Assembly (NCBI GenBank): GCA_026770705.1
Contig: JANJGN010000052.1
Coordinates: 2,790,001 to 2,854,000 of the forward strand
Direction of reading: 5' to 3'
Source of the DNA: Isurus oxyrinchus
Taxonomy: Eukaryota
Length of the DNA: 64,000 bases
Positions 37,420 through 49,317 of the stretch are shown here, piece after piece. The notes under the pieces are model-generated. The model was not told where the DNA came from and did no database searches. It saw only the letters and a program-made list of their open reading frames with translations. Each line of letters begins with the position of its first letter. Position 1 is the first letter of the stretch. The position numbers were made by a program, and so were the translations under genes.

Positions 37420-38020
37420 ATTCCAGGACAGTGGGAGACCATTCAGCCCATTGAGTCCATGTTGTCTCTCTGTAGAGCAATCCACTCAGTCCCATTCCCC
37501 CGCTCTATCCCCGTATCCCTGCAAGTTTATTTCCCCTCAAGTGTCCATCCAATTTCCTTTTGAAATTGTTCATCGTCTCCGCTTCCACCATCCTCGTAGG
37601 CAGCGAGTTCCAGCTCATTACCACTCGCTGTGTAAAAAAGTTCCTCCTCACATCCCCCCTCTGCCCAAAACCTTCAATCTGTGTCCCCCAGTCCTTGTCC
37701 CATCAGCTAATGGCAACAGCTTCTCTTTGTCTACCTGATCTAAACCCATCATCATCTTGTACACCTCGATCAGATCCCCCCTCAATCTCCTTTGCTCCAA
37801 GGAGAACAACCCCAGCTTCTCCAACCCAACCTTGTAGCTAAAATCCCTCATCCCTGGACCCATTCTGCTCAATCTCCTCCCCACCCTCTCAAGGACCCTC
37901 ACTTCCTTCCCAAAGTGAGGAGACCAGAACTGGACACAATGCTCTAGCTGTGACCTAACCAGAGCTTTATAAATGTTCAGCATAACCTCCCTGTGTTTGT
38001 ACTCAATCCCTCGATTTATG
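37420..38020 (-). mobile_element. CR1 LINE 3' fragment
   Basis: RGIEYKHREVMLNIYKALVRSQLEHCVQFWSP..LEQRRLRGDLIEVYK. Confidence 0.92.
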
Positions 38021-38729
38021 AAAAGCTTATTCTTTCCATCAGCACAAACAGCAATTTCCAAGCGGACTCCCATCAGCAGACAGAGTGCAATGAAACATCG
38101 GCATGCCTGCTTCTTAATGTACGGAGAGAATCCTGGAACGAGAGATTCTCCTTCTTCTCCTCAGCAAGCTGAAACTTTTCCTTATACCTGGTGCTCCCCA
38201 GTCCTGCTGTGTGGACACATCATAACCACGGCATTGTCTGTCTGTGTGCAGCCAACATGGTCGAATAGGAATGAACAGAAATGTGACGTTGCTAAACTCT
38301 GTTCTCTGATTGGAATGTGCTTTCTGAATGCTGCACCTTTTTCATGCTGCGATAGATTGTAAGAAGCATTTGGGTTATGAATAAAATTACATTGATTAAC
38401 TCAAGTGATTAAAATGTTCAGGCTGTTCTGTAGATATTTAAAGATTAAAATTCTTGTTTTGCTGCAAAATACTTGGCTCAAAGACATTACTTCATGTTGT
38501 CACGTTTTCCAATCAGATGAATTCCTCTGTCCATCTTTATAATAGAAATTTCCAATGTAAACATGTCACATTGTAGCTGCACAAACTTGCCAGTGGCTGG
38601 TGTGATATCAAAGCTGTCTTGCTGTCGAGAAACAGCGAGAAATATTCCTGTTGTGTGCATGAACTTCATGTTAGCATGAGACACAGGCATCAGATGCAAT
38701 TTTGTGCAATTTGTACAATGTTCTTTAGA

Positions 38730-39015
38730 CAGCGCAGCACTCCCTCAGTACTGACCCTCCAACAGCGCAGCACTCCCTCAGTTCAGACCCTCCTACAGTG
38801 CAGCACTCCTTCAGATCAGACCCTCCGACAATGCAGCACTCCCTCAGTTCAAACCATCCGACAGTGCAGCACTCCCTCAGTTCAGACCCTCCGACTGTGC
38901 AGCACTCCCTCAGTTCAAACCCTCAGACAGTGCAGCACTCCCTCAGTTCAGACCCTCCGACAGTGCAGCACTCCCTCAGTACTGAACCTCCGACAGTGCC
39001 GCACTACCTCAGTAC
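38730..39015 (-). repeat. 33-bp minisatellite
   Basis: Tandem copies visible. Confidence 0.88.
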
Positions 39016-40261
39016 TTCTCCGCCGATGCTGCCAGACCTGCTGAGTTTTCCCAGGTATTTCTGTTTCTGTTTCTGTTTTGAATTTCCAGCATCTGCAGTT
39101 GTTTTGATTTTAGTGCTGGGCAGTTCCTCAGCAAGGATTCGGGCCACAAAACATTGCGAGTGCTGTGGGTCTGCGCCACGATTTAGAGAGCTGTGCTTGG
39201 CACGCCTATTCTAGGCCCAGTCCAGTGTGGTGGGGACAGCCTGGCAGTCCTGGGTTGGTGGTGCCCAGCATGGTGTGCAGGACGTGGTCAGTCGCTCACA
39301 CACGTCGGTCCTGGGGGTGGGTGGCTTGATACTAGGCCGCAGGTGGCACAATCCCAGTCAGGGGAGGCAACTGCAGCCTGTCAGTGGGGAGCAGGTAATA
39401 TAGAGGGTAGGGGTGGGGGTGGGAATCGAGGGGGGCCGGTGGTCTCTGTAAGTCACAGTACAATGGGCCTCTAGTTGGAGAGAGGTCAGGTCTACATGGG
39501 GCATTGGGATGTCAACATCAGACAGTCTAGGGAGGAGGACTGGGATGTCAACCCCGAACACAATAAGATCAAGGATTAGAGAGGAAGGGAGGAGACTGAT
39601 TGGAAGGAGGGGAATGTGCACATTATGCTCCTCCAGCACGATGGGAGGGACTGTGATGGTTACGGGGGTGGGGGGGGGTGAAGTGGGAGGGGATAGACGC
39701 TTACCTGGTGGTATTGCCTCAGCCTCACCCTTTTTCAAGCTGATCCAATGTCGCAGTTGAAGAATAAGCTACAAAACAAATTGGCAGGGGAGGTCTCCCA
39801 GGGCCTGTGGGAGACATCACCCACTGCATCTTTGGCCTGTTTGAAGGGGCACCCGAACAATTCCGGCTTTTCCAAATGATGAGGAAGACACAGCTGCACC
39901 CCGAGTCCCCTACTGGGGATCCAGAAGGTTGCAATAGCGCTGCGAGGGACTCATGGGCTCCACAGTGACTCCCTAATTAGCGACTGGAAGGTTTATGTTC
40001 ATTTATCTTTATTATCCGTTCATATTGAGCAATGGAGCTCCTGATCTGACACCTTTCTGTACCTCGTCCAATGCTTCTGTTATCAGGACTTCCACATCGA
40101 TGTGAAAGAGCCATGATGATAGCAGACAGTCGCACAATGGGAATGGCACTAGGCCAGTGATCCAGAGGCCCAGGTGAATGCTTTGGAGGTACGGGTTCAA
40201 ATCCCACCACGGCAGCTGGAGGAATTTAGATTCGATTAATCAATAAATTTAATTGATTGAT

Positions 40262-42475
40262 ACATTTTTTTCTTATTCATTTCAGGGATGTTGGTGTCGC
40301 TGACTAGGCCAGTATTTGTTGCCCATCCCCATTTGCCTTTGAGAACATATGGATATCTGAGTTAGGATCAGGAGAAGGTCACTCAGTCCCTCGAACCTGC
40401 TCCGCCATTCAGTAAGATCATGGCTGATCTGATTGTCACCTCAACCTCACATTCCTGCCTACCCCCAATGACCTTTCACCCCATTGTTAATCAAGAATCT
40501 ATCTAGCTCTGTGGAAGGGGAGCCAATCAATCGGGCTGCTTTGTCCTGGATGGTGTCGAGCTTCTTGAGTGTTGTTGGAGCTGCACTCATCCAGGCATGT
40601 GGAGAGTATTCCATCACACTCCTGACTTGTGCGTTGTAGATGGTGGACAGGATTTGGGGAGTCAGGAGGTGAGTTACTGTCTGCAGGGTTCCCAGCCTCT
40701 GACCTGCTCTTGCAGCCACAGTGTTTATATGGCTGCTCCAGTTCAGTTTCTGCTCAATGGTAACTCCCAGGATGTTGATATTGGGGGATTCAGTGATGGT
40801 AATGCCATTGAATGCCAAGGGGCGATGGTTATGAATGGTCTGTGGGATATTCTGGTACAAAATGTCAACACTCGGACTCCAGATGCAATATTCAAGTGGT
40901 TCCTTTATTAGGCATGTGGGGAGCAAACGCTGAGCAGTCCAGGCGCTTCTCCACCGAAGTTCAAATGAGCACAGTTTATATATTTTTTACTCTCAGTTAC
41001 AAGGTAATGGTATTAGTTAGACAAAGGCCACAGCACAATGACCCTCCGGTGGGCTGATAATTGTGTTCTTGTACAGTAATTACAGGGCAGAGACTGGCTA
41101 TTGTCCTTTTGAGACAGCAAAGAATCTATGTTTGTTCGATACAAAAGGTTTCCGGAGGCTGACTGGATGTGGTTCAAGGCCATCGGACGGTGTGAAATAA
41201 CCTTCCCCAATTCTTGATTGAGTCACCCTGTGTCCTTGTGTGTGTGTCTCCCATTTCCTCATTGCAAATTTCCAGCTGAGCCCTTTGTACAGGTTTTTAG
41301 CTTTCACGTAAGGATGTGATTGTCTGTGTACGCTTCGTCACCCTAGCTGCTGGTCCTGGCTGGCTCTTTAAAATAAATCCAAATTTTCTGCGCCTTCAGT
41401 TAGATTCTCTCTTGTTGGAGCTGGTCATTGCCTGGCACTTGTGTGGCATGAATGTTACTTGTCACCTGTCAGCCCAAGCCTGGTTGTTGTCCAGGTCTTG
41501 CTGCATTTGGACATAACTTGCTTCAGTATCTGAGGAGCCATGAATGATGCTGAACATTGTGCAAACATCAGCAAACATCCCCACTTCTGACCTTATGATG
41601 GAAGGAAGGTCATTGATGAAGCAGTTGAAGATGTTTGAGCCTAGGACACTACCCTGAGTAACTCCTGCAGTGATGTCCTGGAACTGAGATGATTGACCCC
41701 CAATAATCACAACCATCGTCCTTTGTGCTGGGTATGACTCCAAGCAGCGGAGAGTTTTCCCCCGATTCCCATTGACTCCAGTTTTGCTTGGGCTCCTTGA
41801 TTTGCCACACTCAGTCAAATGCTGCCTTGATGTCAAGGGCAGTCCCTCTCACCTCTGGAGTTCAGCTCATTTGTGCATGTTTGAACCAAGGCTGTAATGA
41901 GGCCAGGAGCTGAATGATCCTGGTGGAACACAAACTGAGCGTCAGTGAGCAGGTTCTTGGTAAGCAGGTGCTGCTTGCAAGCGCTGTTGATGACCCCTTC
42001 CATCACTTTAGTAATGATCAAGAATAGACTGCTGGGGAATTGGCTGGGTTGGATTTGTCCTGCTTTTTGTGTACAGGACGTACCCCATAGCCGGGTAGTT
42101 GCCAGTGTTGCAGCTGTACTAGAAAATTCCAGAAAAGCTTGGCTAGGGGCGCAGCAAGTTCTGGAGCACAAGTCTTCAGTACTATTGCCAGAATATTGTC
42201 AGGGCCTGGAGCATTTACAATATCCAGTGCCTTCAGCCCTTCCTTGATATCACGTGGAATTAATCGAATTGGCTAAAGATTGGCATCTCTGATGCTGGGG
42301 ACCTCCGGAGGAGGCCGAGATGGATCACCCACTCAGCACTTCTGGCTGAAGATTGTTGCGCATGCTTCAGTCTTGTCTTTTGCACTGGCGTGCTGGGCTC
42401 CTCCATCAGTGAGGATGGGGATATTTGTGGAGCCTCCTCCTCCAGTGAGTTGTTTAATTGTCCACGACTGGATGT
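40262..42475 (-). mobile_element. CR1/L2-clade LINE fragment inserted into a tRNA-SINE (halves ~40140-40255 and ~42477-42810)
   Basis: RT motifs (AGVTQGSVLG, MFAD, ILGVTI..LNWSSHI); the SINE halves match 13885-14230. Confidence 0.85.
40832..41398 (-). mobile_element. Solo LTR (567 bp) with 4-bp TSD
   Basis: TGAA...TTCA termini; GTTA at 40828-40831 and 41399-41402; TATA-like tract and AATAAA on the minus strand. Confidence 0.85.
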
Positions 42476-44324
42476 GACATCTGGAATGCGAAGCTAGTCT
42501 CAGTAATGGTGACCATGAAACTAAGGCCAATTGTTACAAAAACCCATCTGGGTCACTAATGCCCTTTGGGGAAGGAAACCTGCCGTCCTTACCCATTCTG
42601 GCCTACGTGTGACTCCTGACCCACAGCAATGTGGTTGACTCTTAACTGGCCCCTGAAATGGCCGAGCAAGCCACTGAGTTATATCAAAACCCGCCACAGA
42701 CCAGTCAAACCAGGCGAACTGCAGCACTTCGAAAAGGCAGCTCAGCACCCCCTTCTCAAGGGCTCAGTCAGGAACAGGTAACAAACGCTGTCCACATCCC
42801 GTGAAAGAATTTTGGTAAAAAGGTAGCCGTGTATCACCACCCACGGCCAGCGCCAACCCCCCCACCCCTACCTGATTGCACCAGTTTCAGATTACACCAG
42901 GTCAATGAACGGATAGAAACTCAAACCAATGAGATGAGCACAGAGCAGGATCAAGCCAGAGAGAGTTGGTGGGAAGAATTGGGAAAGCAACAAAAAAGGC
43001 AGAGCGGACACTAACACTATAACAAAGTAAAGACCAGAGGAGGAAGGAAGCAAGTGTGAAGAGGAATTGAGAGTAGAGCTGGTAGGCTGCTTGTCGAAGC
43101 CAAGGAACCTCCATAGGGCACATCCACAGTGCTGTTGGGGAGGGTGATACATGATTTTGACCCAGGATCATCAAGTGTTGCACTGGCAGAGCCTTTAAAG
43201 TAAAGGAACCTTTACTACCCGTGCACCCCCCCGCCCTACAAAGCTGTTGACCTGCTGAGTCCACCTGTACAGGCAACCTCCAGACAGTTGGCTACAGAGG
43301 CCATTGCAGCTGCTGAATATGACTTCCATTTTCAAACCCTTCATGAATGCAAGGATGGAGAATTCAGCAGGAATATTCCTGCACATCCTGTGGCAGATCC
43401 TGTAAATAAAAGGGACCTTCACTCACTCCCCAAAGCTGCTGACCTGCTGATTCACATCTACAGGCAACCTCCAAATAGTCAACTAGAGAAGACAACGCAG
43501 CTGCTGAATGTGACTCCTAGTTTTAAACCCTTCACTCTGGAAAGAAGGAATCCAGAGCAATGGCCTCAGTATGATTCTTCACAGAAACTGATTTTAAATC
43601 TCATGTCTAAGTATTATTTTTCCTTTGCTTACATTTTAATCCTTGCACCTGATGGCTTTATCGCTTCAACTTAAATAACTTTCAGCAGGAGCCAGGTTCA
43701 AATTGAATGGACAAGCTGGCTTGGGGGGCCAAAAGGCCTACTCCTGCTTCTGTTTATTTATGTTGGTGTTGTTATGTAGTGGAACTAGAGAGGTTATAGC
43801 AGTTATGAGAACATTAAGCAAACAGCAGCAAGAATTGAACACCTACGTTGTGGTTTATGAAAAGGTTTTCAACCTGGTCAACTGGTAAAATCTGTTGAAA
43901 GTGGGCTATCATGGCGTGTGCCCTTTGTGAGATATTTGTAACAACGTTCTCGATGTCGGAACAGCTTGCATTGAACAAAGCTGATCTTTACCCAGAACTT
44001 CAGAGGAAGGGGGGACAATTGTTCCCTGGTGTGGGGGGCATGGTGGGGGGGGAGGGTGAGGGAGAGACAAGTAGCCTGAAATACCAAGCCAGACACTTTG
44101 TGAAGACACAAGTTGTTTATTCATTTTTTTTCACAAATCATAATCTTTACAATTAAAGTCCCGACAAGATGATGGTGAATCATGAACACATTGTCGGGGT
44201 CAATCTGTGCCCGGGAGCATAAAGCAGCAAAATCAGGAGCCCGCTTTACATCACTCTGAATTTTAACTATCATTAACCCCAGTAACATCCATTCAAATGA
44301 CTTAGTCATAAGATTCCTCACACA

Positions 44325-44655
44325 TTCACTTGCACACTCACACACCCACACCCACACAGACACACTGACACACTCACTCATTCACATTGACACACACTGA
44401 CACAGTCACACACACCCACACAGACACACTGACACACTCACTCATTCACATTGACACACACTGACACAGTCACACACACACACACACACACACACGCTGA
44501 CACAATCACACACATTCACATTGACACGCACTAACAGTCACACATACACACACACACGCTGACACAATCACACACATTCACATTGACACACACATATTGA
44601 CAGTCACACACACACACACACACACACGCTCATAAAGACAGACACAAACACAGTC
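44325..44655 (+). repeat. (CA)n-rich degenerate microsatellite
   Basis: Visible. Confidence 0.85.
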
Positions 44656-44958
44656 ACGTGAGGTGAATAGTGTCGATGTATTTAAGGGGAAGCTGGATAA
44701 ACACACGAGGGAGAAATGAATAGAAGGATATGGTGATGGGGTGAGATGGAGAAGGGGTGGGCGGAGACTCGTGTGGAGCAGAAACTCCAGCATGGAACAG
44801 ATGGGCCGAATGGCTCCTTTCCCTGCTGTAAAACGCAGGTAAAGTTTCAGTTGGAATTAATGAACAGGGCCTGTGTGAAATAGATTGCTAAGCAGTAGAT
44901 AAGGAGGGGAGAGGCTGTGGCATGGTGCAGGATGACCTTGCGTGAATGAGGCCAGGGT

Positions 44959-45075
44959 CTAATATCTACAGCAGAGACCACAAGTCTCATTTGGTTCTCT
45001 CCAATTACAGCAGTTACAGCAGAATCTGCAGAGCTGCTGTCTGTCCATTCTCTTCTGGCGCTGCAGCAAGGAGCC
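44959..45075 (-). CDS. HAMP: Hepcidin exon 3: GSLLQRQKR-MDRQQLCRFCCNCCNWREPNETCGLCCRY*
   Basis: cctgcttttccAG acceptor, phase 0; RxKR furin site; C-x2-CC-x-CC-xn-CG-x-CC hepcidin Cys pattern; TAG stop. Confidence 0.95.
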   Translation of the reverse strand, partial: GSLLQRQKRMDRQQLCRFCCNCCNWREPNETCGLCCRY

Positions 45076-45149
45076 CTGGAAAAGCAGGAGGACAATAGGT
45101 GAGAACATTCCTGAAAGAAAGAAGGCATCATTTCAATCAGGCGCGTCAT

Positions 45150-45770
45150 TTGAAGGAGGATGGCGCATTTCTATAGCGCCTTTCCCCTCCTCGGGATGGC
45201 CCAAAGTGTTCCACAGCTGAAGGAAGGACTTTTTCTGAAGTGAGCTCACCGCTGTAATGTAGGAAACGCAGCAGGCAATTCACGCACAGCAAGATCCCAC
45301 AAACAGAAATGTGATAATGGCCCCGATTTTCAGTTTTTTACCAATGTCAGTTGAGGGATAAATGTTTGCCCCAGGAAAGCAGACATAACTGCATCCCATC
45401 CAGCCCCCACCACACCCTCCACACATACCCCCAACTCCTGACGCACTTCATTTAAATTGTGGCCATGGAATCCTCTACATCCATCTGAGAGGGCAGATGT
45501 TGTCTCAGTTTAACATCTCATCTGAAAGACAGCGCATTCAACAGTGCAGCACCCCCTCAGTACTGACCCTCCGACTGTGCAGCACTCCCTCAGTACTGAC
45601 CGTCTGACAATGCAGCACCCCCTCAGTACTGACCCTCCGACTGTGCAGTCCCCCGCCGGTACTGACCTTCTGACAATGCAGCACTCCAAGACTGACTGTC
45701 TGACAATGCAGCACCCCCTCAGTACTGACCCTCCGACTCTCCTGCCCCCCCGCTGGTACTGACCCTCCGA
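45150..45770 (-). mobile_element. DeuSINE with 33-bp tandem expansion, in hepcidin intron 2
   Basis: Same SINE body as 16740-17297. Confidence 0.75.
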
Positions 45771-46050
45771 CAAATCGGTAATTTCTCAATTATGCCTGGT
45801 GGTCCTTTTAACTCAGAGCTGAGAGTTGCAGAGAATCGAGCAGACACCCTGAACTGACACTTGCAGTGCAAGTACTGGGAGCGCGCTGGTCATTATCTTG
45901 CTGCTGTCTGTGGGATCTTACTGTGCGCCAATGGCTGATTCTTTTCCCACAGTACATCAGTGACCTCACATGAAAGAAAAAAAGCACTTGATTGTCTGTG
46001 AAACAGTTTGGGACGTCCTGATGTGTTGGAAGGCGCTAGAGAAATGCAAG

Positions 46051-46199
46051 AGTTGACGTTTCGAGTCCTCATGACCCTTCTGAGGACTCGAAACGTCAAC
46101 TCTTTTCTTCTCCGCCGATGCTGCCAGACCTGCTGAGTTTTTTCAGGTAATTCTGTTTTTGTTTTGGCTTTCCAGCATCTGCAGTTTTCTTTGTTTTTA
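46051..46199. mobile_element. Short Penelope-derived insertion with inverted 5' end and 14-bp TSD
   Basis: TAGAGAAATGCAAG at 46037-46050 and 46200-46213; perfect 24-bp inverted repeat 46048-46071/46081-46104. Confidence 0.75.
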
Positions 46200-47469
46200 T
46201 AGAGAAATGCAAGTCCTCTTTGTCTTTCACTCGATCCTCTAAGGTGTCTGTTGATTAACCAGCCTCTCGGTGTTTGATGTAGGCCTGGTTATAAACAGGT
46301 AGAAGGATCAAATATCAAAAATGCTTTGGCTGACAGTCAAACCGATTGTGCATTCGGAGAGATTAGATACGGTCTGCACACAATGACTCCAGTCTCTGGC
46401 ACTGACTGCCGCCTGGGGTCTCCCTTCCACATAACACTCACAACTTGCATTTACACAGCGCCTCTGACATTGCAAAATGTCCCAGCCCACATTACCGGAG
46501 CGTAAATCAGAGAGAAGTCTAACACTGAGTCACATATGGAGATATTAGGGATAGGTGACCAAAAGCTTGGTCAAAGATGTCAGTTTTTAAGGAGCGTCTT
46601 AAAGGAGAGAGAGAGAGAGAGGCAGAGAGGTTAAGGGAGGGTATTCCGGAGCTCAGGGCCCCAGGCAGCTGAAGGCACGGCCACCAATGGTGGAGCGATG
46701 GGAATCAGGGGGACCCGGGAGATGCAGTAATGTCAGAGATTTTGGAGGAACATCGGGACCGGAGGAGGTGTTCTCCTGCTCCATATCTCTCTCTCTCTTC
46801 CTCTCTTCCACTCCTCCTCTCCCTGTCTCTCTCTCTCCTACTCTTCCGCTCAATTGCCCTCTCTCCCAATCTTTCTCTCCTCTCTCCCTTTTCCTGTCTC
46901 TCTCCCTCTCTCTCCCCTGTCTCCTTCTCCCACTCTGTATCTCTCCCTCTCTCTCACACTATTTTTGTACCTTTCGCTCACTCTGTAACTCTCCCTTCCC
47001 TGTTAATTTCTCTCTCTTGGACAATCTCTCTTCCCTTTTCACTTTCCCTCACTCTGCATCTCTTCTTTAATTTCTCCCTCTGTCACTCTCTCCCACCTAT
47101 TTTCTTTCCCTTTCACCCCTCCCCGTCCCACTCTCTGTCTCTCTCTTCCAATCCCTCCCTCCCCCATTCCATCCCTCTCTCCGACTCTCGACTCCCAGCC
47201 TCTCTTTAACCCACTCCCAGGCTGGATCAGTCTCCCTCTCACTATTCCCGGCGTGGGTTACATTTAAAATTCCTGTGGGGATATGTTCACTTCCTTGGAA
47301 TTGCCTCTTCCCAGCTTTGCAAAAAAATTGAGGGGGGGCTCGATTTCAAACATGCCTCCTGAGTATAACCGAGACAGACTGCCACTGAAATCAGCTTGAA
47401 ATCAGAAAACTTTCTGTGGAAGAAACGAGCAGGGAGAAACCTTAAAATAAGGAATGAATTTCCACCTAC

Positions 47470-47526
47470 CGTGTCCGGGGAATCCACAGATTTCTCAATC
47501 GTCGAAGAACCTAAAGCAGTGTCAAC
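47470..47526 (-). CDS. HAMP: Hepcidin exon 2 (VDTALGSSTIEKSVDSPDT), propeptide
   Basis: 57 nt, phase 0-0; ttctttttgcAG acceptor and ACG|GTAGGT donor. Confidence 0.88.
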
Positions 47527-48209
47527 CTGCAAAAAGAAAGAATTTATCAGGGAGAAAGTGAGAGGAGGATTGAGGGAGAGGGAGAGAGAGAGAGAGAGGT
47601 ACAGGAGAGAGAGGGGGAGGAGGACAGACTTGCATTTCTCTAACGCCTTTCACCACATCCCAAAGCATTTCACAGCCACTGAAGGATGTTTTTGAAGTGC
47701 ACTCACACTGTAGGAAATGTGGCAGCTGATTTGTGCACAGCAAGATCCCACAAATAGCAATGTGATCATGGCCTAGATCATCTGTTTTTGGTGATGTTGG
47801 TTGAGGGATAAATATTGGTCCCAGGACACCGGGGAGAACACCCCCTGCTCTTCCTCCAAATAGTGGCTGTGGGATCTTTCACACCCGCCCGAGAGGGCAG
47901 ACTGGGGACTCAGTTTAATGTCTCATTCAACATTGATGTGCTCCCTCAGTACTAACCCTTTGACACTGCAGCACTCCCTCAGTACTGACCCTCCGACAGT
48001 GCAACACTTCCACAGTACTGACCCTGTAACAATGCAGCACTTCCTCAGTACTGACTTCCGACAGTATAGCACTCACTCAGTACTGTCCCTCCAATACTGC
48101 AACACTTCCACACTACTGACCCTCTGAGAGTGCAGCACTCCCTCAGCACGGAGTGTTGACCTACGTTATGGGACTGAATTCCCTGGAGTGAGACTCAGAC
48201 CAGAGATTT

Positions 48210-48955
48210 AGGTAGGGTTGTTCCGGCTGGAGGAGGTTACAGAGATAGGGAGGGTTGTAGAGGCTGTAGGAGGTAACAGAGATAGGGAGGATTCTAGAGG
48301 CTGTAGGAGGTTACAGAGATAGGGAGGGTTGTAGGGGCTGTAGGAGGTTACAGAGATAGGGAGGTGAGTAGGGGCTGTAGGAGGTTAATGAGATGGGGGG
48401 GTTGTGGGGGCTGGAGGAGGTTACAGAGGTAGGGAGGGTTGTAGAGGCTGGAGGAGGTTACCAAAATAGATACTGTTGTAGGGGCCACAGTAGGTTACAG
48501 AGATAGGGAGAGTTATAGTGTGGAGAGGACGTTATAGAGTTCATGAGCATTGTAGGGGCTGGAGGAGGTTACAGTGATTCTGAGGGTCGTGGGGCCTGGA
48601 GGAGGTTACAGAGATAGGGAGGGTTGTAGGGTCTGGAGGAGGTTACAGAGATAGGGAGGGTTGTAGGGGCTGGAGCAGGTTACAGAGATAGGGAGGGTTG
48701 TAGGGTCTAGAGGAGGTTACAGTGATCATGAGGGTTGTGGGGCCTGGGGGAGGTTACAGAGATAGGTAGGGTTGTAGGGGCTGGAGGAGGTAACAGAGAT
48801 AGGGACAGTTGTAGGGGCTGGAGGAAGTTACAGAGATAGGGAAGGTTGTAGGGGCTGGAGGAGGTTACAGAGATAGGGAGGGTTGTAGGGGCTGGAGGAG
48901 TTTACAGAGATAGGGAGGGTTGTACGGGCTGGAGGAGGTTACAGAGATAGGGAGT
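48210..48955 (-). repeat. 37-bp minisatellite in hepcidin intron 1
   Basis: About 20 copies, versus about 8 in the left arm. Confidence 0.92.
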
Positions 48956-49155
48956 CGCTGAGGAGGGATTGAAAACAAGAATGAGAATTTCAGGGGAAAC
49001 GACAGAAGGAAATGATGTTAAATTCATAGAGGGCGACAATATTAAAGGCACGAACATAATAATATCAACCTGCAGAAGAGACCAGTCTATCTGGGTGATA
49101 GACGTAGAGTCATGTGCAAGAAACACCTCACCCAGAGGGACATCTCTTAGCTTAC

Positions 49156-49248
49156 CCTCGACAAGGAGAAGAAGTGACTCAGCTGCAGGGAGAGCAGCAA
49201 AGTCAGAGTGAACAAGACAAGTCGCCATTTCATCTGGGAGCTTCCCAT
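49156..49248 (-). CDS. HAMP: Hepcidin exon 1 (MGSSQMKWRLVLFTLTLLLSLQLSHFFSLSR), signal peptide
   Basis: 93 nt, phase 0; AGG|GTAAG donor; basic n-region and hydrophobic core; second in-frame ATG at 49233. Confidence 0.9.
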
Positions 49249-49317
49249 CTCTGCCTGTCTCTTCTGATCTTCTGGCTCTGCTTTGATGCTTTGGTTTGTA
49301 ACTAGAGGAGCTTCCTG

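Noticed and set aside
39100-40130. Possible host gene exon(s)
   Set aside because: No coherent ORF or splice structure; more likely a decayed DNA transposon, and I cannot assign a family with confidence.
44847-45149. 100-aa minus-strand ORF MTRLIEMM...
   Set aside because: Wrong reading frame; the true hepcidin exon 3 is in another frame on the same strand.
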